This document shows, piece by piece, positions 1 through 8,550 of a stretch of 48,944 bases of DNA. The DNA is from Candidatus Gottesmanbacteria bacterium RIFCSPLOWO2_01_FULL_49_10 (lineage in GTDB: Bacteria; Patescibacteriota; Microgenomatia; UBA10105; UBA927), in assembly GCA_001781025.1 (NCBI GenBank), contig MFJZ01000058.1, positions 34,583-83,526 on the forward strand, in the 5' to 3' direction. Numbering within the stretch: position 1 is the first letter of the stretch; each line of letters begins with the position of its first letter. A program made the position numbers and the translations under genes. The notes below the pieces were generated by a model. The model ran no database searches. It was not told where the DNA came from and saw only the letters and a list, made by a program, of their open reading frames with translations.

Positions 1-654
1 CGTGTGCATGCTAATCAAACGTGCTGACATACCGTTTCCTTTTAATGCGCGTACAACTTCAAGACCTCTGTATAAGAGCGTCGATGTCGCAATAATAGTC
101 ACATCAGTCCCCTTTTGTACGACAATACCTTTCCCTATCCGAAAATCCGGTTTTTTCCTGTAGACGGACGGTTCACCTGCCTTACCCAATCGTATATATA
201 CGGGCCCATTGTATTTCGATGCGGCTTTCGTTGCTACCACTACTTCAAACGGATCTCCCGGACATAAAATAACTAAATTGGGTAGCGTACGCATAATACC
301 GATATCTTCCAACCCGTGATGCGTATGTCCATAAGGACCGTACGAAAAACCAGCTCCGATACCAACAATTTTTACGTTGAGATTTTGATAACAGATATCA
401 TTTCTGATCTGCTCAAAGTTTCTCATAGTCGCAAACGGAATAATGGAATAGACCCAGGGTATTTTGCCTTCCGTGGCAAGTCCGGCTGCAACACCGGTCA
501 TATTTTGCTCGGCAACACCGGCATTTATATACTGTCGGGGGCACACCTGCTGAAAATTTTCGAACGCAGAAAATCCCAAATCACCGGTCATCAAAATAAT
601 ATTTTTGTCTTTTTTTGCCAACTGCGTTAATGTTTTAATGAAAGAGATTCTCAT
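1..654 (-). CDS. Transketolase, C-terminal (pyrimidine-binding) subunit; gene runs off the left window edge
   Basis: Not in the ORF track because it is open at the window edge. Hand translation from ATG 654..652 gives MRISFIKTLTQLAKKDKNIILMTGDLGFSAFENFQQVCPRQYINAGVAEQNMTGVAAGLATEGKIPWVYSIIPFATMRNFEQIRNDI...GPYGHTHHGLEDIGIMRTLPNL, the typical split-transketolase C-terminal subunit. Its ATG overlaps the TGA of the upstream gene (ATGA at 651-654). Confidence 0.85.
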   Translation of the reverse strand, partial: MRISFIKTLTQLAKKDKNIILMTGDLGFSAFENFQQVCPRQYINAGVAEQNMTGVAAGLATEGKIPWVYSIIPFATMRNFEQIRNDICYQNLNVKIVGIGAGFSYGPYGHTHHGLEDIGIMRTLPNLVILCPGDPFEVVVATKAASKYNGPVYIRLGKAGEPSVYRKKPDFRIGKGIVVQKGTDVTIIATSTLLYRGLEVVRALKGNGMSARLISMHT

Positions 655-1481
655 AGAGACTCCAACGCACGTAGCGCTTCGATATATTCTTCTTTCGTTG
701 GCGGTTTATATTGTGATGACACCTGATCAACATGTTTTTCTACTCCGCCAATCCCCTTGATCGTATGTGCTATAACGACGGATGGCTTACCCGACTGAAA
801 CGGAATCTTCTCCAATATCTTCGATAATCCATCCTCAGCATGACCGTTCACTTCCCGGGTTTGCCAACCAAACGCTCTCCATTTGGCCGCAAACGGCTCT
901 AAATTCAAAACATCCTTTGTTTTGCCATACCCTTGCAGACCGTTCTTATCGACAAGAACGATAAGATTATCAAGTTTATGATGTCCCGCAAACAGTGCCG
1001 CTTCCCAAACAGATCCCTCGTCGCATTCCCCGTCAGAAAGTATTGCGAATACTCTCCATTTCTTGTTATCAATCTTTCCCGCAAGCGCCATACCGGCTGC
1101 CATCGGGAGACCATGACCTAATGATCCGGCAGAAATCTCTATCCCAGGAACACTATGCCTGATTGAATGCCCAGCCAATAATCCATGATCTAGTTCATAG
1201 CCTTCAAGAATTTTTTTATCAAAAAAACCTCGTTCTGAAAGCACCGCGTACAACGCCTTTGCATCATGAGCTTTGCTAAAAACCAATCTATCCCGATCTT
1301 GCGCCCAAGGCTTTTTCGGATCGATATGCATGATGCGAAAGTATAAAACGGTCAACAGTTCCACGCATGACAGTGCGCCACCCGTATGCGCACTTTGGGC
1401 ACGATAACTCATCAGCAATATCTGTTTTCGTACTTCTCTTGCAAGTTTTTTTAATTCGTCAGTTGAAATACTATATGTCAT
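651..1481 (-). CDS. Transketolase, N-terminal (thiamine-diphosphate-binding) subunit
   Basis: ORF 651..1571 contains 'AHTGGALSCVELLTVLYF', 'GSLGHGLPMAAGMALA' and the ThDP motif 'SDGECDEGSVWEAALFAGHHKLDNLIVLVDKN'. I chose the start at ATG 1481 (MTYSIS...) because it forms an ATGA overlap with the stop of the upstream GT2 gene (1478-1481). Confidence 0.9.
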   Translation of the reverse strand: MTYSISTDELKKLAREVRKQILLMSYRAQSAHTGGALSCVELLTVLYFRIMHIDPKKPWAQDRDRLVFSKAHDAKALYAVLSERGFFDKKILEGYELDHGLLAGHSIRHSVPGIEISAGSLGHGLPMAAGMALAGKIDNKKWRVFAILSDGECDEGSVWEAALFAGHHKLDNLIVLVDKNGLQGYGKTKDVLNLEPFAAKWRAFGWQTREVNGHAEDGLSKILEKIPFQSGKPSVVIAHTIKGIGGVEKHVDQVSSQYKPPTKEEYIEALRALESL

Positions 1482-2488
1482 ACGTGCAATATATTTTTCC
1501 ATGTATATGCAATTTCGGAGCGAGTATACGATAAAACAGACACAAAACAAACAATTGGGTGTAAAAACCATGCCGGATCAGGAATAGCTAAAAATCCTCG
1601 AAAAGCAACAAAAAGAGGCTGGATAAATGTGAGAGAGTACAATATAAATAAGCTCAAACGGATACAGTCGCGCGTTGAATGCGAATCAAAAACATAATAG
1701 TGACGGATTCTTCTATATGCATCATAATGTCGCTTTTTGTAAACAGACCGGCGCCGTACAAAATCCGATATATCTGAACCTGTATAGTGAATTATTTCAT
1801 TTTTGACGACACCATACGTGTCATATCCCATTGTCAATAACTGTGCAAATGCATCGGTGTGTAAAAAGTTTTCTGGCTGTTTGTTTACTTTTTCAATAAT
1901 TCGCCGTCTGACCATGTGCCCATTGTCGCCGAGCACTGGTAGATCATCTTTTGAAAAACGCACCACTAAGTAATCGTCAGTCTCATTATATATTCGTCCC
2001 AGATGATATTTTGTCTCAAAACGCGGCAGTTTTTCCGATTTATTCAGATAGTATACAGTCGGGTCATTAACACCGATAAGAGCAGTGTAACGTGTTAAGG
2101 CCGGCATATCACGTTCAAATCCGTTGTAGATACTATACGTACCTATAACTGAACCAACCGAAAACGGTGCAATCATTTGCGTCAACCAATTCTTTGTAGG
2201 AATAATGTTATCCGGCTCTAAAAACAATATAATGTTCCCTCGAGCGATTTTGATGCCCGTGCTCATTCGGGCAAGTGGCTTATCTTTATATTCCGGAAGA
2301 CGCAACACGCTACAACCATATCTTGATGCAAGAGAATCAGAACCGTTTGAAGATCCACCGTCCATTACTAAATGTTCTATCAATGTATGATCATAGTTCT
2401 GCTGACGAACGGCACGTAACACTTTCTCGAATAACTGACACTCACTATTTAAAGAACACGTAACAATGCTTATAGTATCGTGCTTCAT
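1478..2488 (-). CDS. Family-2 glycosyltransferase with a C-terminal membrane segment; paralogue of 23573..24574
   Basis: The N-terminus 'ISIVTCSLNSE...LVMDGGSSNGS...FLEPDN' is GT-A/GT2-like. The hydrophobic C-terminus is 'LSLFILYSLTFIQPLFVAFRGFLAIPDPAWFLHPIVCFVSVLSY'. It aligns end to end by eye with the product of 23573..24574. Confidence 0.8.
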   Translation of the reverse strand: MKHDTISIVTCSLNSECQLFEKVLRAVRQQNYDHTLIEHLVMDGGSSNGSDSLASRYGCSVLRLPEYKDKPLARMSTGIKIARGNIILFLEPDNIIPTKNWLTQMIAPFSVGSVIGTYSIYNGFERDMPALTRYTALIGVNDPTVYYLNKSEKLPRFETKYHLGRIYNETDDYLVVRFSKDDLPVLGDNGHMVRRRIIEKVNKQPENFLHTDAFAQLLTMGYDTYGVVKNEIIHYTGSDISDFVRRRSVYKKRHYDAYRRIRHYYVFDSHSTRDCIRLSLFILYSLTFIQPLFVAFRGFLAIPDPAWFLHPIVCFVSVLSYTRSEIAYTWKNILHV

Positions 2489-2496
2489 TCTATGGT

Positions 2497-3291
2497 TTAA
2501 GTGAGTTTTCTCTTCCGCATTCTCTTTGCGCCGGAACGTGGAGAACAGAGTATTTTGATATACACTTTTCTTCCCGACTCAATATAGTAATTGTAATATC
2601 TATCGGTGTAAGATCTTGAACGGAGAATATTTATAATCTGTTTACCGGTATATGTTTTTGAAAGATTAATCTCATCAAGGGAATTCACGTCGACTGCCTT
2701 ATGCAAAGTCGGCACTTCTGGAAAACGTGACTGGGGAATTCTTTTGTTGGTCTGTTGTTTAATTTTTGGCCATTCGTTTTTAAATAATGTAACTATTTGA
2801 TTGAGAGTCTTATTGTACAAAGTTTCCGCCGTATCCCACGGTAAAATTTTTATCTTTTTCCGCGCTATAATATCGCCGGTGTCAACTCCTCTATTTATGT
2901 AGTGCAATGATACTCCCCCATTTGACCCATCTATAAAAGGCCAAACGTTCGGATTCATTCCTCTGTTTTGAGGCAAGTATCCGGGGTGAAAATTAATACA
3001 ACCGAGTGTTGGTATGTCTATTACTTCCGGTTTGAGGATATATCCCCAGAAAGCGGAGACTCCAAGCTCAGGATTTAGTTTCTTTAAACGATGCAGGACT
3101 TTATTTTCATTTAATTCTTCGTGTACATATATATCCTGGGGTGATACGCGGGAATCCCGAACGATTTCTTTAACATAACGCTGTTTCTTAGTATCATGCA
3201 AACAAAGCGCAACTATCTCATCTTTCTGTTGTGTCAAATAGTTAGCAACCTGCCAGCCTACCCAATTATTAGCAAACAATATAATACGCAT
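2497..3291 (-). CDS. Formyltransferase, sugar N-formyltransferase-like
   Basis: 'MRIILFANNWVG' is a formyl_trans N-terminal fold. 'INFHPGYLPQNRGMNPNVWP' matches the HxxxLPxxRG folate-dependent formyltransferase motif. It sits directly downstream of a DegT aminotransferase. ATG 3291 is preferred over the TTG at 3303. Confidence 0.75.
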   Translation of the reverse strand: MRIILFANNWVGWQVANYLTQQKDEIVALCLHDTKKQRYVKEIVRDSRVSPQDIYVHEELNENKVLHRLKKLNPELGVSAFWGYILKPEVIDIPTLGCINFHPGYLPQNRGMNPNVWPFIDGSNGGVSLHYINRGVDTGDIIARKKIKILPWDTAETLYNKTLNQIVTLFKNEWPKIKQQTNKRIPQSRFPEVPTLHKAVDVNSLDEINLSKTYTGKQIINILRSRSYTDRYYNYYIESGRKVYIKILCSPRSGAKRMRKRKLT

Positions 3292-3308
3292 ACGTGAATA
3301 CAATTGTG

Positions 3309-4451
3309 TTATTTTAATAACAATTTTCGTATTACCGAAGCAATATAATCCACCATTCTCTCAGTGAGCATGACTCCGCTCGGAAGGTTTATTCCATTAT
3401 GAGAGACATGATATGACACAGGATTATTGATCGGTTGCTTATTATAAAAACAAAACTCCGAGATGGGGAAAAAGAATGGACGTGTGTCTATCTTCATTTC
3501 GCTCATTTTTATTCTTAGTTCATCCCGTGTTATACCGAAATCTGTATCTAAAACTATTGTATTCATCCAAAAACTACTCACAACTCCTTTGCGTTCCGGG
3601 CTAAATTGGATTCCTTTTATACCTCCGAGGCGTTCCCGGTACCAACGGTTAATTCTGCGTTTACGAGCAATAAGATCGTCAATATCTTCAAGCCTCGACA
3701 ATCCCAGCGCTGCCTGAATATTACTCATTGCATACATATACCCGATTTCATTGTGCCAAAATTGTCGCGTAAAACTTATTCCGTTATCTACAATCGATCT
3801 AGCGCGCTCAATCCAACCCTTATGTTTCGTGACCAGCATCCCTCCTTCTCCGATTGAAAGTAATTTCGCACCCTGAAAACTGAATGCAGCGGCATCAGAA
3901 AGGCTTCCGACCTGCTTCCCATGGAGAGTCGATCCTAAGCCTTCGCACGCGTCCTCAAGAATATGCAAATGATGCTTTTTTGCAATTTGCGCAATGCCGT
4001 CCATATCGGCAATATTCCCATACAAATGGACTGGCATGATAACTTTTGTCTTCTTCGTGATGTATTTCTCGAGGCGCGATGTGTCAATGGACCAGGTTTC
4101 CCGATCGATATCGACAAGAATAGGTATTGCTCCAAGCTGATGCACGACATTAGCGCACGTTACATAGGTCAGGTCCGGAACAATCACCTCATCCCCCCTT
4201 CCCACCCCCATGCACACAAGAGCAATATGGAGCGCGCTTGTCCCGTGAGGCATGCTGAGTGTATATTTCGCGTTAACGTATTTGGCGAATGCTTCTTCAA
4301 ATTTGTAAATGTAATCACTATGGTGGAGATTCCATCCGTTTTTAACGGCATCACTCACGTAACGGATATCATTTTTCCCGATTTTCGGCCCTGCAGTGAG
4401 TATCATTTTTGAAGGTTGCCACATTTTATATACGATTTTACCATATGTCAT
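3309..4451 (-). CDS. DegT/DnrJ/EryC1-family NDP-sugar aminotransferase (PLP-dependent)
   Basis: Contains 'MPHGTSALHIAL', 'DEVIVPDLTYVTCANVV' and 'FSFQGAKLLSIGEGGML' with the Schiff-base Lys retained. The start is uncertain. In-frame ATGs at 4424 and 4406 are alternatives. Confidence 0.85.
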   Translation of the reverse strand: MTYGKIVYKMWQPSKMILTAGPKIGKNDIRYVSDAVKNGWNLHHSDYIYKFEEAFAKYVNAKYTLSMPHGTSALHIALVCMGVGRGDEVIVPDLTYVTCANVVHQLGAIPILVDIDRETWSIDTSRLEKYITKKTKVIMPVHLYGNIADMDGIAQIAKKHHLHILEDACEGLGSTLHGKQVGSLSDAAAFSFQGAKLLSIGEGGMLVTKHKGWIERARSIVDNGISFTRQFWHNEIGYMYAMSNIQAALGLSRLEDIDDLIARKRRINRWYRERLGGIKGIQFSPERKGVVSSFWMNTIVLDTDFGITRDELRIKMSEMKIDTRPFFFPISEFCFYNKQPINNPVSYHVSHNGINLPSGVMLTERMVDYIASVIRKLLLK

Positions 4452-4582
4452 TGATTTCTTTAGGATTGTGCGCTAAATATTGATTTATCCTTTATTATCA
4501 ATAATAATACCGTTGTTATCATAGTGAGATACTCTATCCGAAAAAATTGTGTAGTCAGTACAAAACAGATATATACCAGTAT

Positions 4583-5749
4583 ATGAGATCAAAAGAAACT
4601 ATAATCTATATCAATTTCGCTCCATATGAAAATGCCGGTAAAATTTTAGACTATATTCTTACACGATTTCATACCGTTTTAGTCTTCAGTTTCAACTTTC
4701 ATCGTTTGGGCGTACATCAGAAACCGAGCACGTTACGTATTTATCGAGAGGGGAAAATAATCGAACATTTCCGCTTGATTCAAACCCCGACGACACCGCA
4801 GATTGCATTTCTTCTTTTGCCAATTCGCTCGCTTATAATCTTTCTTCAGATAATTTTTCACGCGATCCGTCTCCACAGGGAATTCGGGCCCTATGACATA
4901 TATTTCACCGTGAACGCATTTACGGCATGGTCCGGCAACATTTTAAGACGCATAGGAATTGTGAAAAAGACTATTTTCTGGGTTTGGGATTATTACCCAC
5001 CGATAGATAAAAGCAAAATTGTGATGTTTATGCGCTGGATGTATTGGCAATTTGATAAACTAGCAAGTCATTCTGATAGTCTTATCTTTTTAAATCACAG
5101 GCTTGAAAGACTACGGAAAAAAATAAATATCCTGCCTTTGGCAAAAAGCTACCCAATTGTAGGCATAGGTACAAAAATTATAAATATACAAAGAAATCCG
5201 ACATTTTCATTATTATTTATCGGTGTATTAAAACAAAGCCAAGGACTCGACTTAATCCTATCTAATACCGAAAAATTATTTTCTACCTTCCCAGCCATAG
5301 CTCTTCACATCATCGGTTCCGGTCCCGACGAAGATTATTTCAAGAAACTGGCACAAAAAAGTAAAATGCCAATATACTTTCATGGATTGCTCGATGTATT
5401 CTCTGTTGACGCGAAACAAATAATTAAAAAAACGGCAATCGGTATAGCCCCATATAAACCGGAGCGGGGCAATGTTTCCTATTTTGGAGACCCGGCAAAA
5501 ATTAAAAATTATATCGGATACGGCTTACCTGTCATAACAACAAATGTTTTTGAATTTGCGAAAGAAATCAAAAAAACAAAATCCGGTATTGTTATTCCTT
5601 ACAACATTACATCATTTATACGTGCGTTGAAAAAAATTAATGCGGATTATAGTGAATATGCATCAAATAGTTATAAACTTTCAAAAAAATATAACTATAC
5701 TAAATATTATAATTTAATTTTCAAAAACATTACTCAAGCAACGTATTGA
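4583..5749 (+). CDS. GT-B fold glycosyltransferase (GT4-like); paralogue of 18014..19177
   Basis: The C-terminal 'LHIIGSGPDEDYFKKL...GIAPY...YFGDPAKIKNYIGYGLPVITTNV' is a Glycos_transf_1-type motif. It shares 'GIVKKTIFWVWDYYPP' with 'GLVKKTVFYTIDYIPH' in 18014..19177. ATG 4583 is preferred over the TTG at 4547. Confidence 0.7.
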   Translation: MRSKETIIYINFAPYENAGKILDYILTRFHTVLVFSFNFHRLGVHQKPSTLRIYREGKIIEHFRLIQTPTTPQIAFLLLPIRSLIIFLQIIFHAIRLHREFGPYDIYFTVNAFTAWSGNILRRIGIVKKTIFWVWDYYPPIDKSKIVMFMRWMYWQFDKLASHSDSLIFLNHRLERLRKKINILPLAKSYPIVGIGTKIINIQRNPTFSLLFIGVLKQSQGLDLILSNTEKLFSTFPAIALHIIGSGPDEDYFKKLAQKSKMPIYFHGLLDVFSVDAKQIIKKTAIGIAPYKPERGNVSYFGDPAKIKNYIGYGLPVITTNVFEFAKEIKKTKSGIVIPYNITSFIRALKKINADYSEYASNSYKLSKKYNYTKYYNLIFKNITQATY

Positions 5750-5759
5750 TTATTTATCT

Positions 5760-6770
5760 TTAATCTTTATACCGTTCTAATCCATTAAAAAGCATCGTAT
5801 AATACTCAAGCCTTGGATTCCTGCGCACTTCGGGTAAAAAATCGTTATCGGGAAGTCGTCTAATTTGGGTTTGAACGTATACTCTTTTGTGCCATGTGCT
5901 TCTCAGGTGACTCACGTTATACATCAATGCCTTAAGAACCGCGAGTGAATTTTCCGGTTTGCCTAAAATAGCAAATCCAAATAACGAAAGTATATTTAGC
6001 AGAAGATGCACCGGTAATACTTTTAGCAACGAATGCGCTTCCAAATTTTTTAAATAACTCATAAGCCTGTTTCGAGTAGCGTTGTACACCAGCTGTGAAT
6101 ACTTATATGTACTATTATCCATACCACCCAAATGGTACACGACAGCTTTGGGTTCATACCAAATCTTGTACCCTGCAAGAAGCGCCCGATGACAAAAGTC
6201 CGTCTCCTCAAAATAGAGAAAAAAATCTTCATCAAATAATCCTATTTTTTCAATCACCTCCCGTTTGACAAGCGTGCAGGCGCCGTTTACAGAATGCATT
6301 TGCATAGGAACATTGTATTTTGGTTCGTTTGGATCCTTACCATGCCCAAAATAATACAGAAAACCGGTATTCGTAAAAAACGTGCACCCGGCTTGAAGCT
6401 TCTTTGTTTTTTGAAATATAAGCTTCGGCTGTACGATACCGTTATTAGGATCTTCTTCCATTCGTCGGACCAGCGTTGTCAAAAAATCTTTCGTCACAAT
6501 CGTATCGTTATTTAATAAAAGAACATACTGCCCCCTGGCATACCGGTAAGCGTCATTGGTCCCCTTGCAATAACCAACATTCTGCTTAATTTTGATGATC
6601 CGCACATGCTTAAATGTCTTTTTCACGACTTGAGCAGTATCATCACTCGATCCGTTGTCATAGAGGATAATCTCATAGTCGACAAAAGAAATCTTCGCAA
6701 GCGACCTCAAGCAATCCACAGTATGCCTGCAGCCGTTGTAGTTCAAAATAATAATACTCACTTTCGTCAT
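5760..6770 (-). CDS. Family-2 glycosyltransferase (soluble, rhamnosyltransferase-like type)
   Basis: Contains 'VSIIILNYNGCRHTVDCLRSL...YEIILYDNGSSDDT...LLLNNDTIV...DEDFFLYFEETDFCHRA', a classic GT2 pattern. Confidence 0.85.
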   Translation of the reverse strand: MTKVSIIILNYNGCRHTVDCLRSLAKISFVDYEIILYDNGSSDDTAQVVKKTFKHVRIIKIKQNVGYCKGTNDAYRYARGQYVLLLNNDTIVTKDFLTTLVRRMEEDPNNGIVQPKLIFQKTKKLQAGCTFFTNTGFLYYFGHGKDPNEPKYNVPMQMHSVNGACTLVKREVIEKIGLFDEDFFLYFEETDFCHRALLAGYKIWYEPKAVVYHLGGMDNSTYKYSQLVYNATRNRLMSYLKNLEAHSLLKVLPVHLLLNILSLFGFAILGKPENSLAVLKALMYNVSHLRSTWHKRVYVQTQIRRLPDNDFLPEVRRNPRLEYYTMLFNGLERYKD

Positions 6771-6788
6771 AATAGAGGCGTCCTGCTA

Positions 6789-6797
6789 TGATATAAT
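6789..6797 (+). promoter_or_regulatory. Extended -10 box TGATATAAT upstream of rfbF (candidate promoter, near-leaderless)
   Basis: Read directly from the sequence. TGnTATAAT ends 8 nt before ATG 6806, and no GGAGG-like motif lies between them. Confidence 0.4.
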
Positions 6798-6805
6798 ACA
6801 AGCGT

Positions 6806-7585
6806 ATGAAAGTCATCATTCTCTGCGGCGGTATGGGAACCAGACTCAAAGAAGAAACGGAGTTTAAGCCCAAGCCGATGGTCCTGATAGGCAACAAACC
6901 CATCATTTGGCACATCATGAAGTATTACACCTATTATGGCTACAACGACTTTATTTTAGCCCTTGGGTATAAGGCAGACTACATCAAAGACTTCTTTCTC
7001 AACCAAAAGGCGTTCACTTCCGACTTTACCCTTAAAACCAAAAACCATACGACAAAGTTCTACTTAAACCATAGGATAGATGTTGACGATTTTACTATAA
7101 CGTTCGTTGATACGGGTCTCGAAACACAACCAGGGGAGCGAATCTTGCGCTGCCACAACTACATCCCCGCAAGCGACGCTCTTTTCATGGTAACGTATGG
7201 AGACGGTGTTACTGATCTCAACCTCAACGATCTTATCCGGTTTCATAAAAAACAGAACACGATAGGCACAGTGACCGGCGTACACCCCCGCTCGAAGTAC
7301 GGTCTGGTTCAACTTGGGAAAAACAATATCGTCTCCGGTTTTCAGGAAAAGCCGGTCTTATCCGACTGGGTAAACGGAGGTTTTGGTATCTACGACAAAC
7401 GGGCATTTGACTATTTCAAGCCCGGCGAAACGGAACACCCTGCACTCATGCGACTGGCAAAAGAAAAGCAACTATCGCTCTACAAGCATAACGGTTTTTG
7501 GTTCTCCGTGGACACGTATAAAGAATACGAAGATTTGAATACTCTCTGGAAATCCGGTACAAAACCTTGGATGGTATGGGAATGA
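6806..7585 (+). CDS. rfbF: Glucose-1-phosphate cytidylyltransferase (CDP-glucose synthase)
   Basis: 'MKVIILCGGMGTRLKEETEFKPKPMVLIGNKPIIWHIMKYYTYYGYNDFILALGYK' and the C-terminal 'FWFSVDTYKEYEDLNTLWKSG' match RfbF/DdhA/AscA along the full length by eye. Confidence 0.92.
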   Translation: MKVIILCGGMGTRLKEETEFKPKPMVLIGNKPIIWHIMKYYTYYGYNDFILALGYKADYIKDFFLNQKAFTSDFTLKTKNHTTKFYLNHRIDVDDFTITFVDTGLETQPGERILRCHNYIPASDALFMVTYGDGVTDLNLNDLIRFHKKQNTIGTVTGVHPRSKYGLVQLGKNNIVSGFQEKPVLSDWVNGGFGIYDKRAFDYFKPGETEHPALMRLAKEKQLSLYKHNGFWFSVDTYKEYEDLNTLWKSGTKPWMVWE

Positions 7586-8550
7586 GCCCTGACAATAGTA
7601 ATTGTTTAATCACCGGCGGCACAGGCTTCATAGGAAGCCACCTCGTAGAGGAGTTGGTACGACGGAAAAACCGCGTAACTGTCATCGACACAAACTTGCT
7701 CCCCCGTTCGTGGTTTTTACTAAACGGACTGGATAAAAAAACGAACCTTCTGCGCGTCGACGTACGTGACAGACATGCAATTTCCGCAATCATCAAAAAA
7801 CTTGAACCCCTTTATGTGTTCCACTTCGCGGCACGGGCCATCGTCGAAGAAGTCTATCAAAACCCACAAGAAGCCCTGGAAACCAACATTATGGGTACAG
7901 TCAATATACTGGAAGCGGCCAGAGCGTGCCACAACTTGAGATGCGTCCTCGTGACCTCCTCGGATAAAGCGTACGGCAAAAAGGAAGGCAAGTACCGCGA
8001 ATCAGACGCGCTCAAAGGCGATCATCCGTACGAAGTATCCAAATCCGCGGCGGATTTGATTGCGTATTCCTATTATAAGACCTATGGACTTCCCGTCACC
8101 ATTACAAGATTCGGCAATGTATACGGCGAGGGTGATTTACATTTCTCCCGAATTATTCCGGGCATCATGATGGCTCTTGTTACAGATAAAACTCTTGCAA
8201 TACGAAGTAACGGGAAATTCGTCAGAGACTATGTGTATGTAAAGGATATTGTAAACGGGTGCATGCGTTTGGCAGAGGAGGCAGATAAAACCACGGGCGA
8301 TGCATTTAATTTCGGTTCGCACGAAACACTCTCCGTTATAGATCTCATTAAAAAAGTCCAAAAACTCTTAAACAAAAAAATCAAATACGAAATTCTTAAC
8401 TGTACACAAAATGAAATTCCATCACAGTCTCTCGATTTTACGAAAATCACTAGGGTAATCTCATGGAAACCGACATGGTCTTTGGAGAAATCCATTTCTA
8501 ACATTTTTGAGTTCTACAAAAAATTCTATGAAATGTCGAGCCTGCAATAA
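7582..8550 (+). CDS. Extended-SDR NDP-hexose 4,6-dehydratase, probably CDP-glucose 4,6-dehydratase
   Basis: Contains 'ITGGTGFIGSHL', 'VTSSDKAYG' and 'HPYEVSKSAADL' (YxxxK). ATG 7582 overlaps the rfbF TGA (ATGA). The CDP specificity is inferred only from coupling to rfbF. Confidence 0.7.
   Translation: MSPDNSNCLITGGTGFIGSHLVEELVRRKNRVTVIDTNLLPRSWFLLNGLDKKTNLLRVDVRDRHAISAIIKKLEPLYVFHFAARAIVEEVYQNPQEALETNIMGTVNILEAARACHNLRCVLVTSSDKAYGKKEGKYRESDALKGDHPYEVSKSAADLIAYSYYKTYGLPVTITRFGNVYGEGDLHFSRIIPGIMMALVTDKTLAIRSNGKFVRDYVYVKDIVNGCMRLAEEADKTTGDAFNFGSHETLSVIDLIKKVQKLLNKKIKYEILNCTQNEIPSQSLDFTKITRVISWKPTWSLEKSISNIFEFYKKFYEMSSLQ

Noticed and set aside
316-630. 104-aa plus-strand ORF from the track, plus other short ORFs such as 782..964, 905..1114 and 933..1121
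   Set aside because: They lie antisense to, or out of frame within, the clearly recognisable transketolase subunit genes. Their products are low-complexity with no recognisable motif, so they are shadow ORFs.
1478-4451. Interpretation as an Arn (4-amino-4-deoxy-L-arabinose lipid A modification) operon. The components would be aminotransferase, formyltransferase, GT2 and the ArnT-like protein at 47523
   Set aside because: There is no UDP-glucuronate decarboxylase domain or ArnD deformylase. The GT2 does not resemble ArnC in sequence. The ArnT-like gene is 43 kb away in another operon. No lipid A or LPS genes are present.
4451-4495. Imperfect direct repeat 'TTGATTTcTTTA' / 'TTGATTTATCCTTTA' in the 131-nt divergent intergenic region, considered as a possible regulator binding site
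   Set aside because: The repeat is short, imperfect and AT-rich, so it cannot be distinguished from chance. It may simply contain -35-like hexamers of the divergent promoters.
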